NCBI GenBank assembly: GCA_044892505.1
Contig: CM097883.1
Coordinates: 228,904,001-228,968,000, forward strand
Length of the DNA stretch: 64,000 nt
Reading direction: 5' to 3'
Origin: Schmidtea nova
Taxonomy: Eukaryota
In this document: piece by piece, positions 33,829 through 46,177 of the stretch
How positions within the stretch are numbered: the stretch's first letter is position 1
How the letters are laid out: the number at the start of each line of letters is the position of its first letter
The notes under the pieces: generated by a model
What the model was told of the DNA's origin: nothing
The model's database searches: none
The model's input: the letters and a program-made list of their open reading frames with translations, nothing else
Made by a program: the position numbers and the translations under genes

Positions 33829-34151
33829 ACTCCGACATAGCCGCCGGACAAAATAAAACCCTCACCACATCAGCCCCCACGGGAAGTCGCGGAAGTGACA
33901 GGTACCCACAATAAGGTGATTGAAATGTAGTGAAGTCGTAGTTTAACGGGAGTTAGGTAATGATTTTCTGGGAAAATAATTTAGAGAAAATATATTAGTT
34001 AGAAGTTTAATTTCACATTGAAGAAAATACCAAAAGAAAACAATATAAAAGAATGATGTTTATTAGATGAAGTATCGGTAATATCGGAAATATCGCTCTT
34101 AAGGAAGTCAATGCAACAAGAAAGACTATATAAATTTCAGCATCAGATGAG

Positions 34152-35722
34152 TCAAATTGTCGTTGGAATAAACTCGGGCAAGTCGTGCAGGTGTAGATGG
34201 GTCTTGTCCTGACGTACCCAAATTTTATCGCAATGTGTTACTCTACCCGGAATTCGCTTTTTGTCAGGTTTTGCGAGAATTGAAGTAGGTTGTGGTATAT
34301 CTGGTGTTTCTACAACGGAAGTTTGCGGTATGTCCAGGTTATTGTTTTCACTAGTTGTTTTATAATTTGTGACAAAAGTACGCGCAATTTCGTTGGAATC
34401 GGGTAAGTTTTCATTGATATCAGATTCTGGTTCTATGGTGTACAATTCTGTTGGAGTTTTATCTAAATTTGGTTTAATTTCTTTTTCGATCACATCGTCA
34501 GACATTACGAAGGCAGGTTTAAGTCGACATAAATTTATAGTTTGTGTGATGCCTTTAATGACTATATGTGCGTTGTTGTCTGTTATGTCAATGAGTTCAT
34601 AAGGTCCAGAATATTTTGGTCTAAGACTGGAATCGGTTACATTACGGACATATACATGTTTTGCGTCCTTTAAGGTTTTCGGAACATACGGTGTGTAAGA
34701 TGTCGAAGAAGAAAACTGTGGGTTGCTATCAATCGAGAGAAAGTGATCTCTAGCAATGTCTAACTCTTCCAAAGTAGGAATGTTGTCAAAATCGATTAGT
34801 TCGCTCGGTAAAGAAGTTGCAGATCCAAACAACAACTGTGACGGAGATGTTCCAGTTGTTCTGGAAAGTGTATTGCGCCAACCGAGAAGAACAAAAGGTA
34901 AAGCTTTGGTCCAGTTTAAGTTATTGGAAAGAATTCCTAACGAGGTTTTTAGGGTTCGATGAAATCTCTCGATCATGCCATTAGTTTGAGGATGGTATGC
35001 GGTAGATCGGAGATGTTGAATTCCTAGTTTTGAAGTTAAGTGTTGGAATAACTGAGATTCAAACTGGGTTCCTCTGTCGGTGATTATGGACTTAGGAACG
35101 CCATATCTGGCTATCCAGTTTTGAAGAATTGCATTTGCTACGATTTCGGCAGATATGCTTTTCAAAGGAATTACCTCGAATCAGCGTGTTTTGCGATCAA
35201 TCATGGTTAGCAAATAAGAAAAACCATGATCAATAGGTAAAGGACTGACTAAGTCAATATGAAGGATTTCAAACCTATTCCCAGTTGGATAATGCATAAT
35301 AGGTGGTTTGGTGTGTCTGGTTATTTTGTGTTGTTGGCAACCGATACACTGACTTACCCAAAGTTTCACATTATGCCTCATGGCTGGCCAAATAACTTGC
35401 GAATGCAAAAGATTGAAAGTGGCGGAAGAACCTGGGTGATGCAAGTCGTGTACGGAATGGAAGGCTAGTTTGCGTAAAGAATCGTGTAAAATTGGTCGTA
35501 AAACACCTGATAAAGATGAATCAAAGTGAATTCCATCAACGATTTCATGGTTGTCGCCGAAAGAGACTATGTCTTTGGCTGAAGGTGGTTTTTCAAGAAG
35601 ATCGTTCGATGAGAACATTGGGTCGTGAAGAATAGCATTGGTGCTACGTGAAAAACAGTCAGCAATGACGTTTTCTTTGCCTGCAATGTGGCGTATCTCA
35701 CAAGAAAATTCGGAGATATAGC
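34152..35722 (-). mobile_element. Ty3/gypsy pol 3' fragment (end of RNase H plus integrase)
   Basis: ENVIADCFSR, HHPG...WPAM...C..CQ, HIDLVSPLP, TDRGTQFES, AYHPQTNGMIERFHRTLK and YSGPY. It is cut inside RNase H where palindrome homology resumes. Confidence 0.92.
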
Positions 35723-37229
35723 TGATTTAGATGTCTACTCGAATTGTTTGTTAAGCAAGAATTATACGTTCTAAATTATTCTGAAGAACACGAATATATT
35801 AATTTTTAGTAAAACAGGAAAATTAAATTCAATGCAATTCACTTCTACAATATCTTCATTAATAACTACACATTAAATGATGGGAAATTTACCAAAAATA
35901 AATACTGAAAGCCTATTTGCTTACCGATATTTATAGTTATATTAATTATTAATCATTAATTAATTCACTAATAACAAATATTCCGCCTTAAATCATTTAT
36001 ATTTCCATTTAGGAACTCGTCTTACCAGTGAACCTCAGAAAGTTCTCACTGATCAATGTCAGTGCTAGAGTTTTAAACAAATTTAGTTTGTCTAATTTTA
36101 AATATAATATTTTCCCATGTTAGAAATGATATATTACGGTTTATTTACCAAGCTGCTTTATGAATTAGTTCCACCAATTATTTGAGTGTGTGTGTGTGTG
36201 TGTTATTGATTGTATGGATAAATCTTTTTCATGTTATCGTTTAACAGAGTTGTTTATTTTATTGTTCTTCTAAATAAGCAACTGTAATTTTTTTTGTAAA
36301 GGGTATTTAATTTTATTAATTAAATTCTTTTATAAACTTTTAAATTCGTTTTTGGATTTTAAATAAATTTTCACAGTATACTTTCGTTTATTCAATAAAT
36401 TATCTTATTTGTTGTTTGTAGTGCCTATTGTCTTTGATATTTGTCAATAAAATTTTCTTTACTTTAAATTGTGTCATTTAATTATTTGTAAACATGAAGT
36501 AATTTAATAATGAATTTGTTAATTACAACACGTAGATAACGCAATTGTTATGATAACGAAATGAAATAAATATCAATACATGTTCTTTTAACACAATAAC
36601 CATTCTTTATGATATAACTTGGATAAGTTTCCTGTTACGATGTATTTATCTTTGACTATTTGCAATGATAATATAGGCATTGAACTTCGGTTTCATCTTC
36701 ATAAACATTGTTATCATCCTAAACCAATCATTTTATTGCGTAAGTAGGACCCATCTAAAAGGGTAAATGATGTTTCAGGTTTATCTTCGTTTTCAAGTTT
36801 AACAATTTTTTATATTTATTTTTTTACTTTCTGCACAACTTCTCATCTACTGTTAATAATGATTTATATTTGAAATAAAAGAGTTCGTCAAACACCAACG
36901 TGACACAAATTTAGTTAAAATATTATAAAAAATCATTTTAAAAATTAATTTATAGTAAAAACAATTCAAAAAAAATTCATTGAAAATCGTCTTATAATCT
37001 AACTCTTAATTTATGAAATTAAAAAAAAATTATTTGAATTGTTACTTTAATATTATTAATACTTTGCTTTATACTTTGCTTATTCTTGGTAAATAAATTT
37101 ATGACATAGAAAGATAGATCTGCCAGTGTTTTATTATTCTTGTAAAACTCCATTTAAATCAGTTCAAAATCGTGAAAATGAATTAACAGATGACATCAAA
37201 CTAATCATAAGAAATAACTAATTATTTTT

Positions 37230-37850
37230 GATAGACAATGTTGAAGATATTTAAATAATAAATAAAATATTATTACAAATAAACAAAATGATGACAACGA
37301 AATAAAAGAAATCAGAAAATTAACGAGAAAAGGTCATTCCTAATTGAGAAGTACAAAAAGGGAAAATAAATTTCAAAATCGAAAAACAAGAAGAAAGTTA
37401 ATATCTTGACAGCTTGTCAGAGATATCAGGATTGCAGGATAAAAAGTCGGAATTACAAAAAAAGAGAGAAGAATGGTATATCTCGACAGATGTCGGAGAT
37501 AAGGCAGGAGCTATGGATAATGCGAGAGGCAAAAATGAAAAAAAGACAAAATTATCTCAAGTACCACAAATTTGACGAACTACAAAAGGAAGAAAACAGT
37601 AGACGAGAGAGAAAATATAGTGTAAGATTCGAAAAGGAAATCTGCCAAGAAAATTGAGAAGAATTAAACTGTATTATTAGAAAACGTGGATCAAAGAAAG
37701 TTTGAGAAAATTGTTTTGAATTTATCGAAACAAGAAGTTGAATGAATAAAAGAGTCAATGTTTATCAAGCCAATTTCCAAGTCAAAGCAAGAAAACAATT
37801 AGCTAGTTACCCAATGTTGAATCTAAATCAGTAGCTAATGATCGTTAGAC
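37230..37850 (+). repeat. dispersed repeat family C, Lys/Glu-rich decayed coding sequence
   Basis: Mirrored at 39600-40227, with a more diverged copy at about 49850-50560 (-). Class not determined. Confidence 0.55.
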
Positions 37851-40235
37851 GGGAATATTGTACACGAGTGCTATTCCTTGCTCAGTGTTGTAATATTCGA
37901 ATGTTGTATATTTGAACTTGTCTAGGGTTGCACGGCCACACATAAACAGTTTACTGTCCATGTACCCGTAAATACTCTTTTGCATTTACGTTGATAATGT
38001 CCATGATTGGCGAATGAGAATCGGATGGTGAGCTTCTTTACAAAATCTACTCCCAAACCTATCATCTTGTGGACCGGTATGGTCGATGAGAGCTCGACCG
38101 GATCTGAATATTGATTAGTAAACCATTCAACCAGAATTTGTCTAATTTAGACTCACATTAAAAATCTGTAGTTAAAAGTGGATAGAATCGAGATACATTA
38201 AATGTAGTAACTTTTACCCATAGATAGTAAAATGATTTCGCAAAAGGATTTTCATTGCTAGTAACTCCGCCGAACTGGAAAAGCATCGTCATGAGGAATG
38301 GTCATACATCTCCACTCATTTCCTGGCAAAGGTTGTTGATACGAGTGTGTCTTGTTATTCAGATGAAATGTAATATAGCGAAGTACTAACTCTCTCAGCA
38401 CTACAGACATTCAGTATTTGTGTGTGTTTGTGAAATTTGTTCCCATTGGTGTCCATTATAAACTGTTCATTATAAACTGCAATATTTAAATAATTGCCTG
38501 ACTGGAGACTTTTGTTAGGCCGATGTATATTAATTATCGTTATTTACATTATAAAATTTATCTTTTTATTCTTTGAAGTTATCATCATCAACTGTCTTTT
38601 TCTTATTTGATGCTTTTGCGCACTCATTCTCTTTTTCTTCTAATTGTGTACGGGCGGATCCTTTGAGGTTGTATCTGAGTATTCTCGTTGAAGTGGTGTA
38701 TGGTATCATTCTGACAAGGTTATTGGTCTTATCAAACCCTTAATGTCGTCCGCTACGAATCTCTGTGTGATATATATTTAACAATTCCTCAACTAAATGC
38801 GAATGGCATCAAGTTCCAACTGTTGGTCTTCGTTCGCCTTCAATTCTGTGGCCAGCTTATCTAACCTTATTTTCATGTCGACCGGCGAGAAATAAGTACT
38901 TTCGATCTCGATGATTCTTTTCTTCAAGGCTCTTACGAGTTTTCTGTTCGTGGTATCAACTTTCATATTTTATATCTTACCTAGATTAAGAGTATTATTA
39001 ATTGTCTAGAATTTGGCAAATTCAGAAATGATATTGTATTTTTATGCAATGAGTGTTTACGCTCTATACAGCGACGATCTCGGGTTGATCTGAAAAGTCT
39101 ATTAGGATCTACTAGCAATTCCATTAAGCCGATAGGATTGTGTTTTACTTGTTATAAAAATGTATCCCGTATTTAACACTCCTTCTATTTTTACATCTCG
39201 TTTACTGCTCGACGTGTACTATCTATGGGGAAAAGTTACTACATTTAATGTATCTCGATTCTATCCACTTTTAACTACAGATTTTTAATGTGAGTCTAAA
39301 TTAGAAAAACTTTGGTTGAATGGTTTACTAATCAATATTCAGATCCGGTCGGGCTCTCATCGACCATATCGGTCCACAAGATGATAGGTTTGGGAGTAGA
39401 TTTTGTAAAGAAGCTCACCATCCGATTCTCATTCGCCAATCATGGACATTATCAACGTAAATGCAAAAGAGTATTTACGGGTACATGGACAGTAAACTGT
39501 TTATGTGTGGCCGTGCAACCCTAGACAAGTTCAAATATACAACATTCGAATATTACAACACTGAGCAAGGAATAGCACTCGTGTACAATATTCCCGTCTA
39601 ACGATCATTAGCTACTGATTTAGATTCAACATTGGGTAACTAGCTAATTGTTTTCTTGCTTTGACTTGGAAATTGGCTTGATAAACATTGACTCTTTTAT
39701 TCATTCAACTTCTTGTTTCGATAAATTCAAAACAATTTTCTCAAACTTTCTTTGATCCACGTTTTCTAATAATACAGTTTAATTCTTCTCAATTTTCTTG
39801 GCAGATTTCCTTTTCGAATCTTACACTATATTTTCTCTCTCGTCTACTGTTTTCTTCCTTTTATAGTTCGTCAAATTTGTGGTACTTGAGATAATTTTGT
39901 CTTTTTTTCATTTTTGCCTCTCGCATTATCCATAGCTCCTGCCTTATCTCCGACATCTGTCGAGATATACCATTCTTCTCTCTTTTTTTGTAATTCCGAC
40001 TTTTTATCCTGCAATCCTGATATCTCTGACAAGCTGTCAAGATATTAACTTTCTTCTTGTTTTTCGATTTTGAAATTTATTTTCCCTTTTTGTACTTCTC
40101 AATTAGGAATGACCTTTTCTCGTTAATTTTCTGATTTCTTTTATTTCGTTGTCATCATTTTGTTTATTTGTAATAATATTTTATTTATTATTTAGATATC
40201 TTCAACATTGTCTATCAAAAATAATTAGTTATTTC

Positions 40236-41398
40236 GGCATAATCCTATTATAAACTGTTTAATTAAAAACAAACTGTTTTAATAAAAACAAACTGTTTTA
40301 ATATTTATTGCAAATTATTTATTTTAAAGCACAATATACCGAAAAAATTTACCACCATTTCCGGATGACCAGCAGAATCTCATTGAAGACCTTAAACTTA
40401 TCACACTTCCGACGAAACAAAAACTCACTTAAATAACCCGCTAAATATAATTTTTTCGATCCGTATTGGTTTCGTAATTTTCTTTTAGCATGAGCCCATG
40501 TTGATTCGATATTTTGCGTATGAACGCTTTTATCTGTTGGTGAAACAAAGTTGTCCGCATGTATGACAACGTCGTGTGTAAAAAGCCCGCTTTCAATTAT
40601 ACGACGATAAGCCGCCCATCCATCGCTTATTACTCTTGTTCCTGGCAGAATACGCGTATTTATTATTCTTAATAGAGTATCAGCATTCCTATTAGGCACT
40701 ATTACCAAAAAACACTTCTTAGTACCCCTTTCATAAGCGCCGAAAACCCACTTACTGTTTGTTAGACGGCCTCTATTATATTTCCTTTTCGAAAAACATG
40801 ACTCGTCAATCTCAACCTCGATTGGATTTCCGTCCGCATCAATACCCCCCAATACATCGTTAAATCCCTCCAAACCCATCGCACACAATTCACGAAGATC
40901 TTTACATTTTTCGACCAATGTATTTTTATTTAAAGTCAAATCATTAGAAATTTCATCTTGTTGTTGATTTTTTGACCAAAAAAATATAGTCATCAACAAA
41001 TCTTTTAGCGGTAACTTGCTATTGAAAAATTTTGAGTCGAATCGCACAGAAGTTGATTTTCGGCATGGGAGTGTGCAGCTCCACACATAACCATCAACTA
41101 GCCTTTTCGCTTTTACTAACTTCATGTGTGCATTGCACATTTCACAATCCATGGTATTTTTAATAAGTCCTAAGCTAGCCACAAATTCTAATACTTCAAG
41201 TTTGGATTTTTTCAAGTCATCATAAAGACTGTCGGATTTAAATCTGGTTGCAATTAGCTCTTCATCGTTGTATATTAATTTCGTAAGTTTTGTTATATTT
41301 TGGATTCGCGGCATTTTTATTTTGGTTAAATATTTAAACAGTGTGTTTTAATTAAAACAGTTTGTTTTTAATTAAACAGTGTGTAATAGGATTATTCC
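40236..41398 (-). mobile_element. complete Merlin (IS1016/IS1595-related) DNA transposon, 1163 bp
   Basis: TIRs of about 48 bp start GG(C/A)ATAATCCTATTA and contain internal tandem repeats. An exact 8-bp TSD GTTATTTC lies at 40228-40235 and 41399-41406. The empty site is present in the other arm near 37210. Confidence 0.95.
40349..41314 (-). CDS. Merlin transposase (ISXO2-like DDE domain), intact
   Basis: 321 aa with C..C...M zinc-ribbon cysteines, VEIDES, ISDGWAAY and HTQNIESTW. Confidence 0.95.
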   Translation of the reverse strand: MPRIQNITKLTKLIYNDEELIATRFKSDSLYDDLKKSKLEVLEFVASLGLIKNTMDCEMCNAHMKLVKAKRLVDGYVWSCTLPCRKSTSVRFDSKFFNSKLPLKDLLMTIFFWSKNQQQDEISNDLTLNKNTLVEKCKDLRELCAMGLEGFNDVLGGIDADGNPIEVEIDESCFSKRKYNRGRLTNSKWVFGAYERGTKKCFLVIVPNRNADTLLRIINTRILPGTRVISDGWAAYRRIIESGLFTHDVVIHADNFVSPTDKSVHTQNIESTWAHAKRKLRNQYGSKKLYLAGYLSEFLFRRKCDKFKVFNEILLVIRKWW

Positions 41399-43644
41399 GT
41401 TATTTCTTATGATTAGTTTGATGTCATCTGTTAATTCATTTTCACGATTTTGAACTGATTTAAATGGAGTTTTACAACAATAATAAAACACTGGCAGATC
41501 TATCTTTCTATGTCATAAATTTATTTACCAAGAATAAGCAAAGTATAAAGCAAAGTATTAATAATATTAAAGTAACAATTCAAATAATTTTTTTTTAATT
41601 TCATAAATTAAGAGTTAGATTATAAGACGATTTTCAATGAATTTTTTTTGAATTGTTTTTACTATAAATTAATTTTTAAAATGATTTTTTATAATATTTT
41701 AACTAAATTTGTGTCACGTTGGTGTTTGACGAACTCTTTTATTTCAAATATAAATCATTATTAACAGTAGATGAGAAGTTGTGCAGAAAGTAAAAAAATA
41801 AATATAAAAAATTGTTAAACTTGAAAACGAAGATAAACCTGAAACATCATTTACCCTTTTAGATGGGCCCTACTTACGCAATAAAATGATTGGTTTAGGA
41901 TGATAACAATGTTTATGAAGATGAAACCGAAGTTCAATGCCTATATTATCATTGCAAATAGTCAAAGATAAATACATCGTAACAGGAAACTTATCCAAGT
42001 TATATCATAAAGAATGGTTATTGTGTTAAAAGAACATGTATTGATATTTATTTCATTTCGTTATCATAACAATTGCGTTATCTACGTGTTGTAATTAACA
42101 AATTCATTATTAAATTACTTCATGTTTACAAATAATTAAATGACACAATTTAAAGTAAAGAAAATTTTATTGACAAATATCAAAGACAATAGGCACTACA
42201 AACAACAAATAAGATAATTTATTGAATAAACGAAAGTATACTGTGAAAATTTATTTAAAATCCAAAAACGAATTTAAAAGTTTATAAAAGAATTTAATTA
42301 ATAAAATTAAATACCCTTTACAAAAAAAATTACAGTTGCTTATTTAGAAGAACAATAAAATAAACAACTCTGTTAAACGATAACATGAAAAAGATTTATC
42401 CATACAATCAATAACACACACACACCCACACTCAAATAATTGGTGGAACTAATTCATAAAGCAGCTTGGTAAATAAACCGTAATATATCATTTCTAACAT
42501 GGGAAAATATTATATTTAAAATTAGACAAACTAAATTTGTTTAAAACTCTAGCACTGACATTGATCAGTGAGAACTTTCTGAGGTTCACTGGTAAGACGA
42601 GTTCCTAAATGGAAATATAAATGATTTAAGGCGGAATATTTGTTATTAGTGAATTAATTAATGATTAATAATTAATATAACTATAAATATCGGTAAGCAA
42701 ATAGGCTTTCAGTATTTATTTTTGGTAAATTTCCCATCATTTAATGTGTAGTTATTAATGAAGATATTGTAGAAGTGAATTGCATTGAATTTAATTTTCC
42801 TGTTTTACTAAAAATTAATATATTCGTGTTCTTCAGAATAATTTAGAACGTATAATTCTTGCTTAACAAACAATTCGAGTAGACATCTAAATCACAAATA
42901 ATGTTTTTGAAAATAGGAAATTTTTTATCACTAAGTTTTATATTTCACTAAACTTTATTATAGAAGGATAAACTAATAAGATAATTGCTTACCTCATGAA
43001 TCTTCGTAAAATAGAAAACATTCAATTCTGACCGTGGAGAAATTAACGGATAACAGATGATTAAAGGATTAACAGATCATTTTGCCATATTATGTCGGTT
43101 TCCTTAAAGGAACCCTGAAGAAAAAGATTTTAAAAAACTAAGAATGTTACACCATTGTGGATACTGAAAGTGTTCTAAGATTAATATTAATTACCAATAA
43201 GATTCAAAAAAATTGTAAAAGAAGTAATAGCCGTAAATCTGCATCTCAGTGAAAATTTAGATCAGAATTGTAGAAATGATATTGTAAAACAATTTGAATA
43301 TTGTTGGTCATTTTATTTAGAACAATTGAAGTCAGATTTGAAGTTCATTTATGTCAAAAGATTATAAACACGAGAAAGTAAGAAAATCTTGCATGGCGAT
43401 TGATAAATAAACGCTGCTAATCTAATTTGCATTGTCAGTGTGGTCTAAATCTTCGAGAGGTTGTTACTTTTCTCGCAGAAATAAAAGGTGAAATAATTAT
43501 TATCTACCAGTTACGTTCAAAACTAGCAGATAGTTACAGACAGGAAACTTATCCAAGTTATATCATAAAGAATGGTTATCGTGTTAAATGAACATGCATT
43601 ATGGTATATTGAAATTTATTTCAATTCGTTATCATAACAATTGT

Positions 43645-43701
43645 GTTATCTACGAGTTTGCAAATGATGTTTTCCTGCAAAATTGTTCGATAAAAATACT
43701 T
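43645..43701 (-). CDS. Rab3: Rab3 candidate exon 5 (uncertain)
   Basis: A 55-nt GT..AG intron (43756-43702) gives phase-1 EVFLSNNFAGKHHLQTRR*. An alternative acceptor 27 nt further on gives the same frame. No terminal Cys motif. Confidence 0.3.
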
Positions 43702-43756
43702 CTGTGCATATAATTGCAAAATAAAGAAGTGACAAGCAAAACTAATTTTAACTAAC

Positions 43757-43894
43757 CCGAATTAGAGCTTTTACCAACTGAATGATCAGCTTCTAAACTC
43801 TCTGACATTTTGTCACAAATAATATCTACTAATCGTTCGAAAACCGTTTTTACATTTATATTTTCCTTCGCTGAAGTTTCGAGAAATTCTAATC
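43757..43894 (-). CDS. Rab3: Rab3 coding exon 4
   Basis: ttctag|GA TTA GAA..., (G)[34 protein letters not shown]; contains the G5 motif ETSAK; phase matches exon 3. Confidence 0.9.
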
Positions 43895-44046
43895 CTAGAA
43901 ATTAAATTAGATTACTGTCGGCTAAATATTATGAAAATAAAATTACAAATTATATATAAAATATAATACAGAATATTTATTTGTATTTTTAACATAAACC
44001 TGTTTTAATTGTTTTATTTTGTTTATTATTGAATATAGAGGGTTGG

Positions 44047-44647
44047 TGTTATAAATTCGAATACAAGATATTCAAAAATTTATTTATATAATAACTTTGG
44101 TTCTTTCCAAATTCTAATTTCTCCTTTTTCTCTTTATCTCTTTATTTAAACAAATATAATTGTAATATATTTCTACAATATCATTTAATTATATAATACT
44201 AAAACACTACATAACCCCTTTGTTTTAAGCGGAGCCGCCATCTTCTTCAATCACTTCATATGAATTTTTGCTTCTTTCTTCTTTTACTCTACATATTTAC
44301 TGTAACTTCTTTTGAGTCTTTGCTTATTGTTACAATGTTTTCTTGTATTGACACGACTTTTTACGGCCCACTGTATCTTGGTTTCAAGTGATGCACTTTC
44401 AGTGCTTCTAACCATACCAGTTTCGTCGATGTCTAATTTCACGGAACGTTGCTTTTATCTGCTTTAGGATATCTTAGATCTGGATTGGTATTCTGTGTAT
44501 TGTAATTTCGACGAGCCTCTTCTGGTGCCTCCCATTCTATTTCGCCAGAAGCTGAGAATATATCTCCTGGTAGCATGGTGCCGCTACCAAATAACATTTG
44601 CGCCGGTGATATGTTGGTTGGTGCTTGTGGAGAGTTTCTCCATCCGA
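44047..44647 (-). mobile_element. mirror copy of gypsy integrase tail, PPT and 165-bp LTR in Rab3 intron 3
   Basis: LTR at 44047-44211 is the reverse complement of 31456-31620. The copy is truncated inside integrase at 44647. Confidence 0.88.
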
Positions 44648-46052
44648 ATGACTCATCACATTCATGACTCATTTCAAATTTGAATTATATGACGTCATCG
44701 ATGAAAATTTTCAAATTTAAATAATTTTTAAAAATTTTTAAAAGTGCAAGTATCATGGTCAAATTTGGTATCGTTAGAAAGGCATTTCAATGACGCACAT
44801 GATGGTATTATTTTTCTAGGTGTATAATCAAAAAATAAAATTTTGAAACAAAAAAAATAAGATGTGCGAAGCCCAAGCTCCACTGTTATTTCTTATTTAA
44901 TCATGAGTTATTCCAATTCAATTCTATATCCAGCTCTAGAAATATTAGAGAAAATATCTGGAATAGTTTTATTTGAAAAGAAAAAAATAAAAGAATATTC
45001 CAAAGACAAGAAATTTATTGAAAAGGACGATTATAGTTTATCTAGTAATTTTACTAGTATTTTTGAATGGTGTGAAAAAAATTCCTAGAAATGAAACAAT
45101 AAACATCTTTTTCGAATCAGGAAATAAAATAATGAATTTAGAGTGGTTAGACTAAGATTTTTTAATGGCTTTAAATAATGTTTAAAAGTTAATTTAAATA
45201 TATCTTTTTTAAATTTAAATTTATTAATTAAATAGTAATTAAAAGAATATTAATAAATACTATTAACTGTGGTTTGTAATGAAATTTAAAAGTATTATCC
45301 TACTTTGTATGTAGTAGATGATTTGCCTTAAAAATAAAAAAAGATGAAAAAATAAACTAATTAATATTTAAAATTAATTCACCAAAGATCATTTTACAAT
45401 AGAATCTCTGCAAGTCAAGTCAAAATTTCACTATTTTTCTTTTCGAGAAAGTAAATTAGATGGAATATAAAATATTACGTATGTCATATATCTACAAAAC
45501 TAAATAATTTAAATTTTGAGAAGCAATAGATAGAATAGAAACAACAGAATAGATAAAATTAGAAAAATTCTTGGGTTAATATAAACTCTACCTATAGATA
45601 TGTAAAAGTGAGATAATAACAAAAAATATAAATATTCTAAATATTTAAAGTTGACCATTTGCAATATACAAGGTAATATGGTCTACACCCCTTATTATTC
45701 TTTTAAAAAATTTACTGTGCTACACACCATTGGAATTTACCATTCTTTACTTTTACTCCATATTTAACACTACTAAATTTTCAAACGTATGACGTCTTTT
45801 GATCAGATACTAGCATGTCGTTTGAGGGTGGTTCTATCTTCCAATCAGCCCTCACATGCGTACATCACTGATGTCAGTTATTTATTTATGAATTTTCATG
45901 CGCTGTAGTTTTAATTACAATTTATATTTTAGTTTTATTCTTCCGATATTAGATATGCATTATAAATATAAATTATATTATCAAATATAATTATTAAATT
46001 TTAAAAATATTAGTGAAATATTATAAAAATCAGTTTGCAAATAAAAAATCAC

Positions 46053-46177
46053 CCAATTGATTGGCTAAATGGCATCCTCTTTCTGTTGATATAATCCTGT
46101 CACCCTCCAAGTCACATTTATTACCAACTAATACAACTTGTGCATTATCCCATGAATAAGTTTTGATTTGCGTTACC
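46053..46177 (-). CDS. Rab3: Rab3 coding exon 3
   Basis: tttag|G GTA ACG...TTG G|gtga; (W)[41 protein letters not shown]; 125 nt; contains NKCD. Confidence 0.95.

Larger units (their letters stand above)
31003..38229 (+). repeat. left arm of a large inverted duplication
   Basis: Reverse complement of 39217-44647 apart from point differences, a 40-nt deletion and the arm-specific block at about 32710-35722. Confidence 0.92.
39217..44647 (-). repeat. right arm of the large inverted duplication
   Basis: See left arm. Inner ends are at 38229 and 39217, leaving a 987-bp spacer. Confidence 0.92.

Noticed and set aside
40349-41314. Bacterial IS1595/IS1016 contamination or recent horizontal transfer
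   Set aside because: It is integrated with a TSD in eukaryotic sequence and has GG-terminal TIRs with internal tandem repeats, which fits the known eukaryotic Merlin superfamily.
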